Positions 1 through 9,920 of a stretch of 47,984 nt of DNA are shown here, piece by piece. The DNA comes from a virus (taxonomy: Duplodnaviria > Caudoviricetes), in the IMG/VR virus record IMGVR_UViG_3300032227_002079, positions 1 through 47,984 of that record. One strand, written 5' to 3'. The notes under the pieces are model-generated. The model searched no databases. It saw nothing but the letters and a program-made list of their open reading frames with translations, and was not told the DNA's origin. Position numbers and translations under genes: made by a program. How positions within the stretch are numbered: position 1 is the first letter of the stretch; each line of letters starts with the position of its first letter.

Positions 1-198
1 CCTCCTCCGAGCCCTCCACCGTCTCCACCACCGAGCCCTCCTCCGTCTCCACCACCGAGTCCACCACCGTCTCCACCACCGAGCCCGCCACCGTCTCCAC
101 CACCGTCTCCACCACCGAGCCCTCCACCGAGCCCTCCACCGAGCCCTCCACCGTCTCCACCACCGAGCCCGCCACCGTCTCCACCACCGAGCCCTCCT
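1..198 (+). repeat. GC-rich 12-bp-unit tandem repeat encoding (Ser-Pro-Pro-Pro)n
   Basis: Units such as ccaccgagccct and ccaccgtctcca are visible directly. Confidence 0.95.
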
Positions 199-2760
199 AC
201 TCCATTGCCTCCTATGGATTGCAATGTTGCTTGCAATTATTTAGAAATTTCCCAGAACGCACCATTGTTAGTTGTAAATATAATTGGAGATCCTGTTTAT
301 GCAGTAGGAGTATCTAATAAAGAAATCCCGCCTGGAGCTTTTTTACTTCAAGAAGTAAAAATACGAGTCCAACCTCCAAGTGCCGAATTATGCCCAACAG
401 AAAATTTCAATATTACTGCAAAAACTACTGGCGAACACGATACAGTTTATATTGGAAAAATTTCCATTTGGAAAGAATATCAAGACTATGTTTTAGGCAA
501 AGTGGCAGATATTATTTTAAGCATAGGATCAACAAAATGGTTGTCTGGATGTATTCCTACTGGAATAACTGGATCTTATATAATTTTTGAACTAACATCT
601 GTGTTAAGTTATGAAACTGTAGAGGCAAATGATTTTTATTTTAATGTAGAGATAGGTAAAAATAATATAACAGGACCCGGATTATATGCAGCCGTGTCCA
701 ACAGTGAAGAATTTTCAATTATTTCGGATGGTAAGTATATAGAAGGCTGCAATGGAATTAAATACGGAACAGACGCATGGAAACGAATTTGTTTAGGATT
801 AAGCAATTGGTATATTACATATGATAAAGCAAAGAAAAGATTTATATCATATATTTCAGGTCAAAATGGAACTAGATATAGCAGCGGTTTAGAAGATTTT
901 AAATGGAATGATGGCGGATATTTACCGATTACATCTGATTGGAAATCAGCAGCATCTAATGAATCTACATTGCTAGTATTTATAAATAGTACTAATGCAT
1001 ATGCATATACTTCTAATGGTGGAATATCATATACATCTGGAACTTTGCCAATATCTGGCAATAACTTTATTTTTTATGCACCACAAACAAATAAGTATGT
1101 TGTTGTTGGAACAGGCTCTACAATTGCATATTCTAAAGATGGATTAATATGGGAGACAACATCTTTGCCAATATCTGCAAATTGGATTTGGGGATGTGAA
1201 ATTCTTGGTAAAATATATATATTTTCTTCTAGCGGTAATATTGTAATTAGCACAATAGAAAATATTACTGGAACATGGACAAATAAATTAGAATCATCTT
1301 TATCTGGAATTAAAAAACTTGCATATGGATTTTACACAGTAGGAAATGTTAAAAATCATGTATTGGTTGCAATAAAAAGTGGAAATACTTTTTATAGATC
1401 TTTAGACTTAACAAACACATGGTCTTCTGTAACTGTTCCAACTATTGATATTAATAATTGGGTAGACATTGTATGTGGAGATAGTGAAGAATACTACGGG
1501 CAGAACTTTTTTGTTGCAATACAAGATTCTTCAGTTGCTGCCGGATTGATTTATGCATCTCCTAATGATACAAATACATGGAAAAAATCATTTAAAGCAG
1601 TTGTAAAAGGACTTCAGTCAATAGCTTTTGGAGATGCTTCTACTCCTTCCCCGCCAGTGCCACCGCAAAACTTTGGAAGATTATGGGGATGGGGAAGAAA
1701 CCTGAATGGTGTTCTTGGAACCAACACATCATTGTTAATGACTACAAGCATAATACAAACTGTTGCTGGCGGAGATACATGGCAACAACTTGGATCTTTT
1801 AAATATAGCAATACCTTTGGCGCAGTTAAAAATGATATGAAATTATTCATGTGGGGTAACAATTCTTATGGGCAAATAGGAAATGAAAGTGTAGTGAATA
1901 TAAGTTCTCCTGTTGCTGTTGCAACAGATAAAACATGGAGAAATGTATTTGGAAATTATGGAACAACATTTGCATTGTCAAATGATTATAAAATTTGGGC
2001 TTGGGGATATAACAATTATGGACAACTAGCTCAACAAGATTTAATACACAGATCAAGTCCTGTTCAAATATTAAGTGCATCATCATGGTATGACTTAAGT
2101 TTTGCCGGATCTTTTGTCACAGCTATAGATTTTAATAATAAAATTTGGGGTTGGGGCAACAATAGTATGAATGTGTTGGGAGATTCTACAATCTCAGGAT
2201 TTAGTAGTCCTATTCAAATTGTTAGCAATGATTATAACTGGCAAAAAGTTTCTAACGGAAGTAGATTCTATATGGCTATTCGTTCAGATGGCACTTTATG
2301 GGGAGCAGGACTTAATTCTCAAGGACAATTAGGTCGTGAAGATACGGTTCATAGAAGTTCTATAGTGCAAGTTATTGGAGACTTATCTAAATGGAAATCA
2401 ATATCTTGCGGATATAGATTTGTTACAGGTATTAAAGAAAATGGAACACTGTGGACTTGGGGATCCAATAACACAGGGCAATTGGGAGACGGAACTACTG
2501 TTAACAGAAGCTCACCAGTGCAAACTACATTAGGCGGAGATGATTGGCTGGAAGTAAGCATTAGCGATCTGTTTGTTGCGGCTATTAAAAAAGATGGAAG
2601 AGTATACACATGGGGATATGGAGACGTTTATGGCAGTTTAGGAAATATTCCAGCATATAACAAAAGCCAAAGTAACCCTGTACAAGTAGAAACTTTTGGA
2701 AGATTGTGGAACAAAGTTGAAGCAATAGCTGATAATGTGTTTTTAATAGAAAGACCCTAA
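1..2760 (+). CDS. 5'-truncated virion surface protein: (SPPP)n linker, beta-propeller-like middle, C-terminal RCC1/BLIP-II repeats
   Basis: Bases 1-204 read PPPSPPPS... in the same frame as ORF 205..2760 with no stop, so the gene starts before the window. Middle has S-x-D-G-x-x-W-like motifs (YSKDGLIW). C-terminal ~360 aa has repeated W-x-W-G-x-N-x-x-G-Q-L-G...SSPVQ units. Confidence 0.8.
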   Translation, partial: PPPSPPPSPPPSPPPSPPPSPPPSPPPSPPPSPPPSPPPSPPPSPPPSPPPSPPPSPPPSPPPSPPTPLPPMDCNVACNYLEISQNAPLLVVNIIGDPVYAVGVSNKEIPPGAFLLQEVKIRVQPPSAELCPTENFNITAKTTGEHDTVYIGKISIWKEYQDYVLGKVADIILSIGSTKWLSGCIPTGITGSYIIFELTSVLSYETVEANDFYFNVEIGKNNITGPGLYAAVSNSEEFSIISDGKYIEGCNGIKYGTDAWKRICLGLSNWYITYDKAKKRFISYISGQNGTRYSSGLEDFKWNDGGYLPITSDWKSAASNESTLLVFINSTNAYAYTSNGGISYTSGTLPISGNNFIFYAPQTNKYVVVGTGSTIAYSKDGLIWETTSLPISANWIWGCEILGKIYIFSSSGNIVISTIENITGTWTNKLESSLSGIKKLAYGFYTVGNVKNHVLVAIKSGNTFYRSLDLTNTWSSVTVPTIDINNWVDIVCGDSEEYYGQNFFVAIQDSSVAAGLIYASPNDTNTWKKSFKAVVKGLQSIAFGDASTPSPPVPPQNFGRLWGWGRNLNGVLGTNTSLLMTTSIIQTVAGGDTWQQLGSFKYSNTFGAVKNDMKLFMWGNNSYGQIGNESVVNISSPVAVATDKTWRNVFGNYGTTFALSNDYKIWAWGYNNYGQLAQQDLIHRSSPVQILSASSWYDLSFAGSFVTAIDFNNKIWGWGNNSMNVLGDSTISGFSSPIQIVSNDYNWQKVSNGSRFYMAIRSDGTLWGAGLNSQGQLGREDTVHRSSIVQVIGDLSKWKSISCGYRFVTGIKENGTLWTWGSNNTGQLGDGTTVNRSSPVQTTLGGDDWLEVSISDLFVAAIKKDGRVYTWGYGDVYGSLGNIPAYNKSQSNPVQVETFGRLWNKVEAIADNVFLIERP

Positions 2761-2768
2761 ACTAAATT

Positions 2769-3704
2769 ATGAGTTATAAATCTGATATAGTTTTTCTGTT
2801 TTCCGGAGGTCCAGCAAACGCTGATCCAGTAAAAAGTTTAGGAGGAGGAGTTTCTTCATACGAAATATCTCCTATTATTAATAATTTATTTAAAGATGGC
2901 TCGGAAGAAGAACAAAACAAAGGTCTTATAGATTACAAATGTATCTATGTTTACAATAGCTCTCAAACAAACTCATTTGATAGTGTTAGAGTATTTGTTG
3001 ATAATGTTTTAGATACTCCAAATCAAATTGATGTTGGTTTTATATTATCTAACGAAAAACAGAAAATAAATTTGGGTGGAATACCTACATCTGGAAGTTT
3101 TGAAATTCAATTAGAAAATGAAACAACAGACCCAATTACATATCCAGGAACCGCCGCAGGATTTGCAACAAATATTAAAAATGCTATAAACGCACTTTCT
3201 AGCGGAAATTATATAGTTTCTGTAGATGGAACACAAGAAAACAGCTTCCAATATTATGTTATAACATTTTTAGATCCATATGGCAAAAGAACACAGCCTA
3301 TTATTAAAATAATAAATAATACTTTGAAAGATGCCGGGTTGGTTTCAATAGGATCTCAAATTTCAATAAGCAAGCTTGGCAGCCCTATTAATAATTTGGG
3401 ACAAGTTATAGGTTCTGATAAAGCAAAGCCTGCCAATGTTGAATTCAAAAGTACAAATGCTAATTCTACTATAAGCATAGGAAACTTAAAAGCTTTAGAT
3501 TTTTTCCCTATTTGGATAAGAAGAACTATAAAATCTGGCGTTAGCCCTTCTATTTTATCTGGTTCTACTATTAAATTAATAGGAACTATTGTTCCAAAAA
3601 CAAATCCTACTCCTCTTCCTATTCCAAATATGACTGCTGTGGCAGCTCCAAACCCAGCGAACTATGGAAATACAGTTGTAATAACAGTAACGGTGGTGCC
3701 ATAA
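2769..3704 (+). CDS. putative virion structural protein; ends with the first strands of an Ig-like domain
   Basis: 311-aa beta-rich ORF. The C-terminus AAPNPANYGNTVVITVTVVP matches the start of bacterial Ig-like group 3 domains. Confidence 0.65.
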   Translation: MSYKSDIVFLFSGGPANADPVKSLGGGVSSYEISPIINNLFKDGSEEEQNKGLIDYKCIYVYNSSQTNSFDSVRVFVDNVLDTPNQIDVGFILSNEKQKINLGGIPTSGSFEIQLENETTDPITYPGTAAGFATNIKNAINALSSGNYIVSVDGTQENSFQYYVITFLDPYGKRTQPIIKIINNTLKDAGLVSIGSQISISKLGSPINNLGQVIGSDKAKPANVEFKSTNANSTISIGNLKALDFFPIWIRRTIKSGVSPSILSGSTIKLIGTIVPKTNPTPLPIPNMTAVAAPNPANYGNTVVITVTVVP

Positions 3705-4324
3705 TGCCAGTTCCTACAGGGTTTATAACTTATAAAATTGGTAACAACACTCCTTATGTTGGCACTTTAGTTGATGGAGTTTCTTCATATTCTGTTACAA
3801 ATTTATCCCCAGGAACTCATTCTGTAACAACTATTTATTCTGGAGACTCTAATTGGCGTTCTGTATCTAAAAATTTTTATATTTATGTTTATGATCCTGT
3901 TACACCACCTTCACCACCTTCACCACCTTCACCACCTTCACCACCTTCTCCTCCACCGAGCCCGCCTCCGAGTCCACCACCGAGCCCGCCTCCGAGTCCA
4001 CCACCGAGCCCGCCTCCGAGTCCACCACCGAGCCCTCCACCGAGCCCTCCACCGAGCCCGCCTCCGAGCCCTCCACCGAGCCCTCCACCGAGCCCGCCTC
4101 CGAGCCCGCCTCCGAGCCCTCCTCCGAGCCCTCCTCCGAGCCCTCCTCCGAGCCCTCCTCCGAGCCCTCCTCCTGGAGGCAGCTGTGGAAGTTGTACATG
4201 GAGATGGGAAGGATCTGTTTGGAAGAAATTTGCTCAGAGTTGCACAGGAACTTGCTTTTCTTGTGATCCGCCAACAGGTTCTGGAACAATTATTAATCAA
4301 TATAAATCTACAGATTGTTACTAA
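3704..4324 (+). CDS. remainder of Ig-like (Big_3-type) domain, (SPP/SPPP)n stalk, Cys-rich tip
   Basis: VPTGFITY...[18 protein letters not shown] Ig signature, then a Pro/Ser repeat, then CGSC...C...C..C...CY. TAATG overlap with the upstream stop. Confidence 0.75.
   Translation: MPVPTGFITYKIGNNTPYVGTLVDGVSSYSVTNLSPGTHSVTTIYSGDSNWRSVSKNFYIYVYDPVTPPSPPSPPSPPSPPSPPPSPPPSPPPSPPPSPPPSPPPSPPPSPPPSPPPSPPPSPPPSPPPSPPPSPPPSPPPSPPPSPPPSPPPSPPPGGSCGSCTWRWEGSVWKKFAQSCTGTCFSCDPPTGSGTIINQYKSTDCY
3905..4174 (+). repeat. tandem repeat encoding (SPP)n then (SPPP)n
   Basis: ccaccttca 9-mers followed by cctccgagcc(c/t)-type 12-mers. Confidence 0.95.
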
Positions 4325-4332
4325 AGGAAAAC

Positions 4333-4629
4333 ATGATTGCAATTCAAGATTATTCATGTAGAGTTTGCGGAATGAAACCGCATGATTTTATATCATCACA
4401 AAAACTTGGATGTGAATTTTGTTATTTATTCTTAGAAAAAGAATTAAAAACCTTAATGCCTAGCATTCAAGATGGGGCAGTAAAACATATAGGTAAAAAA
4501 TGTGGTTCGGATACACTTTATAATTTTTTTGTTTATATTTTAGAAGAAAGGTCAAAAACAAACCCAGAAGATGCTATTATTTGTGAAGAAATACTAGAAC
4601 TAGTCGCAGACTATTTTAGATTTTATTAA
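4333..4629 (+). CDS. McsA-like (arginine kinase activator) zinc-binding fragment
   Basis: CRVCGM...F...KLGCEFCY..L...L...IQDG...HIGK matches the second CxxC pair and HxGK motif of McsA. ATG at 4333 is preceded by AAGGA. Confidence 0.65.
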   Translation: MIAIQDYSCRVCGMKPHDFISSQKLGCEFCYLFLEKELKTLMPSIQDGAVKHIGKKCGSDTLYNFFVYILEERSKTNPEDAIICEEILELVADYFRFY

Positions 4630-5679
4630 ATCATAATAAGATTTTAAAGAACATATTAATTCTTTGTTTTTAATTAAAGATATTTTATCATTTATAACTA
4701 AAAACTCTTTTTTAATTTCTTCAGCAGTTCTATATTGGACCCATTCTTCAAATTTGCTTGGATTAATTATTCCAACACCTTGCCAGAATCTTTTCCCTTG
4801 TTGGTCTAAATTAATATCTAAATTTTTTATATCTAAAGCGTTAGATTTTAAAATATTTCTAAATTCTTCTATGCAAATTTTTGCATTTGGAACGATGTTT
4901 CTTTTTTCTGAAAGAACTAAGGCTGCAACACCTACAACAAATGGACAAGCCATAGAAGTTCCGCTTAAATAAGCATATGAACTTTTAGGAACTGTTGAAT
5001 ATATCTTTACTCCTGGCGCAACAAAGTCTAAATTAGGACCAGTGCAACTAAAATCTGCTCTCATGCTTTTTTCATCAACAGCACCAACAGATATGCAATC
5101 TGTATATGCAGCAGGATATAGTAATTGTTTTGAAGATCCAGCGTTTCCTGCTGCCACAAAACATGTAACACATTTTGAATTGGCATAATCTATAGCATCT
5201 TTTACAGATTGGGTAGGATTTCTGGAACCTAGACTCATAGTTATTAAATCTGCACCATGATCTACTGCCCATCTGATTCCCTTTGCAACAGAATCTATGG
5301 TTCCCATTCCAAATGAATTTAAAACTTTAATAGGCATTATTTTAGATTTAGGAGCAACTCCTACCATGCCATCATCATTGTTGTTTGCAGCTATAATGCC
5401 TGCCACATGTGTGCCATGATTTAATGCATCTTCAGGCGGTAATCCTACTTCTACAAAATTAATCCCCTCAACTAAATTTTCTTTTATATCTGGGTGAGTT
5501 AAATCACATCCAGAATCAATTACAGCTATAGTAACATTTTCTCCTTGGCTAATTTTCCATACCTCTGGTAAGTTATAACTTGATATATGCCATCCAACTT
5601 CCTGCCCTGTTGATTGCATGCTAAAAACATCTTCTACAGTGTAGGGTAGTAAACTTACCATCTCATTATTTTCTTCCAT
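4600..5679 (-). CDS. subtilisin-like serine protease (S8)
   Basis: Triad motifs VIDSG, HGTHVAG and GTSMACP; oxyanion motif AAGN. Confidence 0.95.
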   Translation of the reverse strand: MEENNEMVSLLPYTVEDVFSMQSTGQEVGWHISSYNLPEVWKISQGENVTIAVIDSGCDLTHPDIKENLVEGINFVEVGLPPEDALNHGTHVAGIIAANNNDDGMVGVAPKSKIMPIKVLNSFGMGTIDSVAKGIRWAVDHGADLITMSLGSRNPTQSVKDAIDYANSKCVTCFVAAGNAGSSKQLLYPAAYTDCISVGAVDEKSMRADFSCTGPNLDFVAPGVKIYSTVPKSSYAYLSGTSMACPFVVGVAALVLSEKRNIVPNAKICIEEFRNILKSNALDIKNLDINLDQQGKRFWQGVGIINPSKFEEWVQYRTAEEIKKEFLVINDKISLIKNKELICSLKSYYDLIKSKIVCD

Positions 5680-5727
5680 AAAACTATATATTATTAATGG
5701 AATTAATTAAAAAATAGGATCGTAATT

Positions 5728-6324
5728 ATGCCAGTAACAAGAACTAATGAATACACGCAATTATATTATTTTGACCCAGCTTCGTATCCTTTGGGTTCTA
5801 AGCTAGATGAAACGCTTATGACAATTCCTCTAGGAGACCCTCTCGCAGGAGATCAAGTTCGAAGAACAAGGATTTTATTAGCGGGAGACCAAAATTACAA
5901 TGAAATTGTAAGAGTTAAAGATGAAGGTGTAAATGGTAATGAATACGCCCTTTTAACTAGAAATATTAATGAAGCTCCTAAAAATCCAATAATGCATACA
6001 GATTTTGCATCTACAGGACTTGGAGTTGTTTCTTTGGCAAATTATGTAGTTCCTACTGGATTTAGATTTAGTTTTACAGGTATTATTTGTACTGGAGATT
6101 TGCCTGGAAAATATACCGTTTATTATAAAGTTGGAGTGGTAGAAACTCTATTATTTACAATAAGAGGAACTGCTTCTATTCCAAATGTATCTCAGATTTT
6201 TAATACTCCTCTTATTACTTTGGCTGCTGGCGAAAGCATTGTAGTAAAAGTTGAAAATTTTGCCAATGCTGTTACGGGTAACTATGATGCTAGTATTATA
6301 GGTTTCTCAACAGATTTATCATAA
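5728..6324 (+). CDS. putative virion protein, paralog of 6880..7347
   Basis: 198-aa ORF; shares YxVPxG...F and C-terminal strand pattern with 6880..7347. Confidence 0.55.
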   Translation: MPVTRTNEYTQLYYFDPASYPLGSKLDETLMTIPLGDPLAGDQVRRTRILLAGDQNYNEIVRVKDEGVNGNEYALLTRNINEAPKNPIMHTDFASTGLGVVSLANYVVPTGFRFSFTGIICTGDLPGKYTVYYKVGVVETLLFTIRGTASIPNVSQIFNTPLITLAAGESIVVKVENFANAVTGNYDASIIGFSTDLS

Positions 6325-6327
6325 AGG

Positions 6328-6822
6328 TTGCATGTGATGACTACAGAAGAATTTACAGAATGGTTTTCACAAATAGATAAAATAATTGTTGATTCATTTG
6401 ATAAAGATAGAGTATATTTTATATGTTCTGATGAAAGTTTGCTTCCTAAAATAATACAAACAGCGGAAAGAACTGATAATTTTCTTAGTTTACACACCAA
6501 TAAAGAGAATGATATAATGTTTTGTTTGCATAATCACAAATTAGAAAATTTTGTAAACAAGTGGGACGAAGTCAAAACAAACAAAAAAGGCATTCCAGAC
6601 CTTTCTTTGGTTACTTGCAATCAAATGTCAAGTGAACTTAAAAAACGTGAAAACTTGACTTTTGCTCTTATATGGATCGAAGATGAAAATACTGAAAATT
6701 TCAATATAGAAGCAAGTGGAAATCCAACCATGCTTTGTGGAATGTTTAGCCGTGGTTTGAATATGGTAATAAATTGGGCTGATAAAAAAACTAAATTCGA
6801 AGACCACGAAGAAGGAATTTGA
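6328..6822 (+). CDS. hypothetical protein
   Basis: 164-aa ORF filling the space between neighbours; start codon uncertain. Confidence 0.55.
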   Translation: MHVMTTEEFTEWFSQIDKIIVDSFDKDRVYFICSDESLLPKIIQTAERTDNFLSLHTNKENDIMFCLHNHKLENFVNKWDEVKTNKKGIPDLSLVTCNQMSSELKKRENLTFALIWIEDENTENFNIEASGNPTMLCGMFSRGLNMVINWADKKTKFEDHEEGI

Positions 6823-6879
6823 ATTAATTCATTTAAATTTTATATATATTTATAGAATATCTTATATTAAGAGGTTGCT

Positions 6880-7347
6880 ATGCCTATTACAGCTAATTTA
6901 GACAGTTTTATGTCAACTCCAGTAAGCATTGTAGATCCTAACAATCCAGCAAACTATTTAAATATTGTAAGCGGAAGTTTTAATGTAGGTTTTAAAAACT
7001 ATTCTAGTGAAGATATAGTCATAGAATACAATTTTAATACAATTCCTCATTCTGGAAGCTTGGGCTCAACATCTGTTACTTCCTACACAGTTCCTTCTGG
7101 TAAGAATTTTTATCTCAAATCTTGCCAGGTTGCTGGCTATGCGGGTCCAGTAAAATTTTCTGTTTCTATAGACGGGACTGTAAAATCTACTATGATTATC
7201 TCTAGCTTTGCACCACAAACTCAAGTTTCATTCCAGCCAGCATGTTATACTTCTAGCGGTCAGCAAGTTGTTATTACAGCAGTTAATAATTCAAATTTTG
7301 ACCAATATTGCTATGGAACAATTATGGGCAATTTAGAAAACATCTAA
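6880..7347 (+). CDS. putative virion protein, paralog of 5728..6324
   Basis: GAGG RBS; YTVPSGKNFY motif. Confidence 0.55.
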   Translation: MPITANLDSFMSTPVSIVDPNNPANYLNIVSGSFNVGFKNYSSEDIVIEYNFNTIPHSGSLGSTSVTSYTVPSGKNFYLKSCQVAGYAGPVKFSVSIDGTVKSTMIISSFAPQTQVSFQPACYTSSGQQVVITAVNNSNFDQYCYGTIMGNLENI

Positions 7348-7386
7348 AATTCCAATTAAGTATATGTTAAGCATAAATATACATAT

Positions 7387-7836
7387 ATGTTAATTACGCA
7401 ATATTTCTATGTACCGTTCCCAACAACGACAACTACCACTACGCCTATACCATTTACAACAACGACAACTACTACTCAATATCCATTAACAACCACTCCG
7501 TTTCCAACAACAACTCCTGTTCCTTTGCAAAATATATTTGTAGCTAAATTTAATATTAATGAAATTGTATATGATTCAAATGCAACAATATGGAAAATTG
7601 TATTAATTAATAATACTATTGATAATATTTACTATCATTTAGAAGAACCATCACAAGAAAACTTTACAAATGGCAAAAATATAAAAACTAAAATAGCTAC
7701 AGAAAATGAAATATTTAAAATACAAGAAGGACCAAGTGTTATTAATAATTTAATGGATAAAAAAATAGCAGAATATAATGAAATGCTAGATCAAGTTATT
7801 TCTCTTAGAATAAATCTTAATAGAAAGAAGAATTAA
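7387..7836 (+). CDS. hypothetical protein with N-terminal Thr/Pro-rich tract
   Basis: PTTTTTTTPIPFTTTTTTT tract; 149 aa. Confidence 0.6.
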   Translation: MLITQYFYVPFPTTTTTTTPIPFTTTTTTTQYPLTTTPFPTTTPVPLQNIFVAKFNINEIVYDSNATIWKIVLINNTIDNIYYHLEEPSQENFTNGKNIKTKIATENEIFKIQEGPSVINNLMDKKIAEYNEMLDQVISLRINLNRKKN

Positions 7837-7837
7837 A

Positions 7838-8206
7838 ATGCCTATATTCTATTATACAGGATCTGGCTCAATTAGTGTAAATGGATGTAGTTATTATTAT
7901 TTAAAAAAGTTTTTGCAATATGCATACAAACCTGGAGATGTTTTGTTTTCTTTGCCAAATGCTAAAAAAGGCAAATTAGAAAAAGTCGTAATTAAATTAG
8001 TTCGTGTTATATCAAAAAGACAAGATTTATATGGTGCTTATAAATTTCTTTATCAAGATACACTTAATGGATTATGGTCAGAAGATGAATTGGTTACGGA
8101 GGCAAACGCTTTGCTAGAAGCCCAAGATTATTATGCAACACAAATATTGATAGCACAAAATGCAAAAATTATTTGCGGAAATAAAACTATTCCTAATTAT
8201 CCTTGA
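7838..8206 (+). CDS. hypothetical protein
   Basis: 122-aa ORF starting 1 bp after the upstream stop. Confidence 0.55.
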   Translation: MPIFYYTGSGSISVNGCSYYYLKKFLQYAYKPGDVLFSLPNAKKGKLEKVVIKLVRVISKRQDLYGAYKFLYQDTLNGLWSEDELVTEANALLEAQDYYATQILIAQNAKIICGNKTIPNYP

Positions 8207-9245
8207 ACAACAAATCTTCTATTTTTTTTATCTCTAAATTTTTATAAATATTAGTATTTAAGAAAACATAGTCAGAAACATCATATCCCCATTCTTTATA
8301 AGAACCATTAAATTTATTTTCTAATACTTTAGTAGGAATTCCAGCTAGCAAAGTATATGTCTTAAGCCATGTATCTACACTTATTACTTCTTTTGCAGAA
8401 TTTATAATGCTTAAAAAGGTTTCAAAACTATGAATTATTTTTTTTCCATTGTTTAGTAAAGTTTTATTAGAAGTTAACCAAACATGCTTATCATTGTTTA
8501 TTTTTGGATAATAATTAAAATCTTGTTCTGAACCAACAGAATAAATTGTATATCCTTTTGATAAATACAAATCTACTAAAAACTTAAATTCTTCTGTGGT
8601 CAAATACCTTCTTTTACTATCAGCTTTTACAGAACCAGAAGGAGCTAAAATTAAAACTTTTTCATTTTCTAAATAAGGCGCTTTACCTATTCTTTCAATC
8701 CAATCAGTGGATGCTTTTATTTTGTTTTCATAATATTTTTTATTGGTTTTCCAATCTCCATAATCTAAATTTTTAGCTAAATGTTGAGAAGGAGCAAGTC
8801 TACCAGTTTGTAAAATCATTTGCCATGATTGAATTGCAATGTTAGTTCCCATTACATTTGAATGAATAAAAGATTTTAAATTAAAATACTTGAGAAATTC
8901 TGAACCAAAACCAGCCGCATTCCCATTCGAAAAAAATACAACTTTAGCAGAAGGATCATCATAGCACGAACCCAAAAGAAGAACTAAATCTCCAACTCCG
9001 CCAAATGTTAAATATATATTCCCAGTTGTTCCAACAAAATGTTTGAGCTTTTCAAACATATTTTTAGTTTTTATTGATTGTTGTTTACTATCAGACAAAT
9101 TTTTATTTAAAGAAGTAATTGAATTAATTTTATTATTAAATTGAGGAACAATAGAATGCCTCAGCGCAGAAGCATCTGGTTTTATACCATTTAGACTTCT
9201 GCGCTGCAAAGATTCTTTTATTAAATTTTCTATATTGTTTTTCAC
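8193..9245 (-). CDS. glycosyltransferase, GT9 (heptosyltransferase)-like
   Basis: GGVGDLVLL, ILAPSGS and VISVDTW motifs in GT9 order. Confidence 0.65.
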   Translation of the reverse strand: MKNNIENLIKESLQRRSLNGIKPDASALRHSIVPQFNNKINSITSLNKNLSDSKQQSIKTKNMFEKLKHFVGTTGNIYLTFGGVGDLVLLLGSCYDDPSAKVVFFSNGNAAGFGSEFLKYFNLKSFIHSNVMGTNIAIQSWQMILQTGRLAPSQHLAKNLDYGDWKTNKKYYENKIKASTDWIERIGKAPYLENEKVLILAPSGSVKADSKRRYLTTEEFKFLVDLYLSKGYTIYSVGSEQDFNYYPKINNDKHVWLTSNKTLLNNGKKIIHSFETFLSIINSAKEVISVDTWLKTYTLLAGIPTKVLENKFNGSYKEWGYDVSDYVFLNTNIYKNLEIKKIEDLLFKDN

Positions 9246-9265
9246 AAATTCAAATTATCCTTGCC

Positions 9266-9586
9266 CTAATTTTGCCCTCTTAAAGTTTTATTAACACCTT
9301 TTAAAGTAGCACCAGAAACTTTGCTTATATTGGCTGCATCCATAACAGACTTAATAATTTCTGATAAAAAAGATTCCATAACTTTTGGATTTTTAGTAAA
9401 ACTTGTAAGTCTTGTGTTCAAATTATTCAAAACTGTTTTAGCCGCTGCGCTAAATTTAGCAATAGCTGGATCCTCTTTTGCCTTATTAAGTTCTTGTTGC
9501 TCTTCGGGTGTTAGAACAGTAGCAGCATTTTCAACAGGATCATTGCCCATGCCTTCACGCCAAATATTAAATTTAGAAAGACTCAT
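9266..9586 (-). CDS. hypothetical protein, possible internal head protein
   Basis: ATG at 9586 after AAGGAG; N-terminus MSLSKFNIWRE. Confidence 0.55.
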   Translation of the reverse strand: MSLSKFNIWREGMGNDPVENAATVLTPEEQQELNKAKEDPAIAKFSAAAKTVLNNLNTRLTSFTKNPKVMESFLSEIIKSVMDAANISKVSGATLKGVNKTLRGQN

Positions 9587-9596
9587 TTTTGCTCCT

Positions 9597-9917
9597 TTAA
9601 ATATATTCATCAAAGTCTGATGTATCTATCATTCTTCTTTTCTTTAATTTTTTAATTTCATCATAATCTGTATTGGTTAAATATTTTTCTAAATTATTCT
9701 TAATTTTACCATACCATGTTGATATCTTAATTGGAGATACCCCAAGTAATTGACTTAAATTATCAGGATTATTAAGAATCATTATGAAATTCTTCCAAAA
9801 ATTATCATCAATACTGAGACCATCTTTTATAGCCTCTATAGACATTCTTTCAGATTCTTCCCTTTTTTTAATCTTGTCAGATTCCATTCTTTCAAAAATC
9901 ATACCAAAATTAGACAT
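9597..9917 (-). CDS. hypothetical protein with possible HTH
   Basis: LSQLLGVSPIKISTW resembles a helix-turn-helix. Confidence 0.5.
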   Translation of the reverse strand: MSNFGMIFERMESDKIKKREESERMSIEAIKDGLSIDDNFWKNFIMILNNPDNLSQLLGVSPIKISTWYGKIKNNLEKYLTNTDYDEIKKLKKRRMIDTSDFDEYI

Positions 9918-9920
9918 ACA

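Noticed and set aside
3885-4361. His/Arg-rich and Glu/Gly/Ser-rich alternative ORFs
   Set aside because: Shadow frames of the stop-free SPPP repeat.
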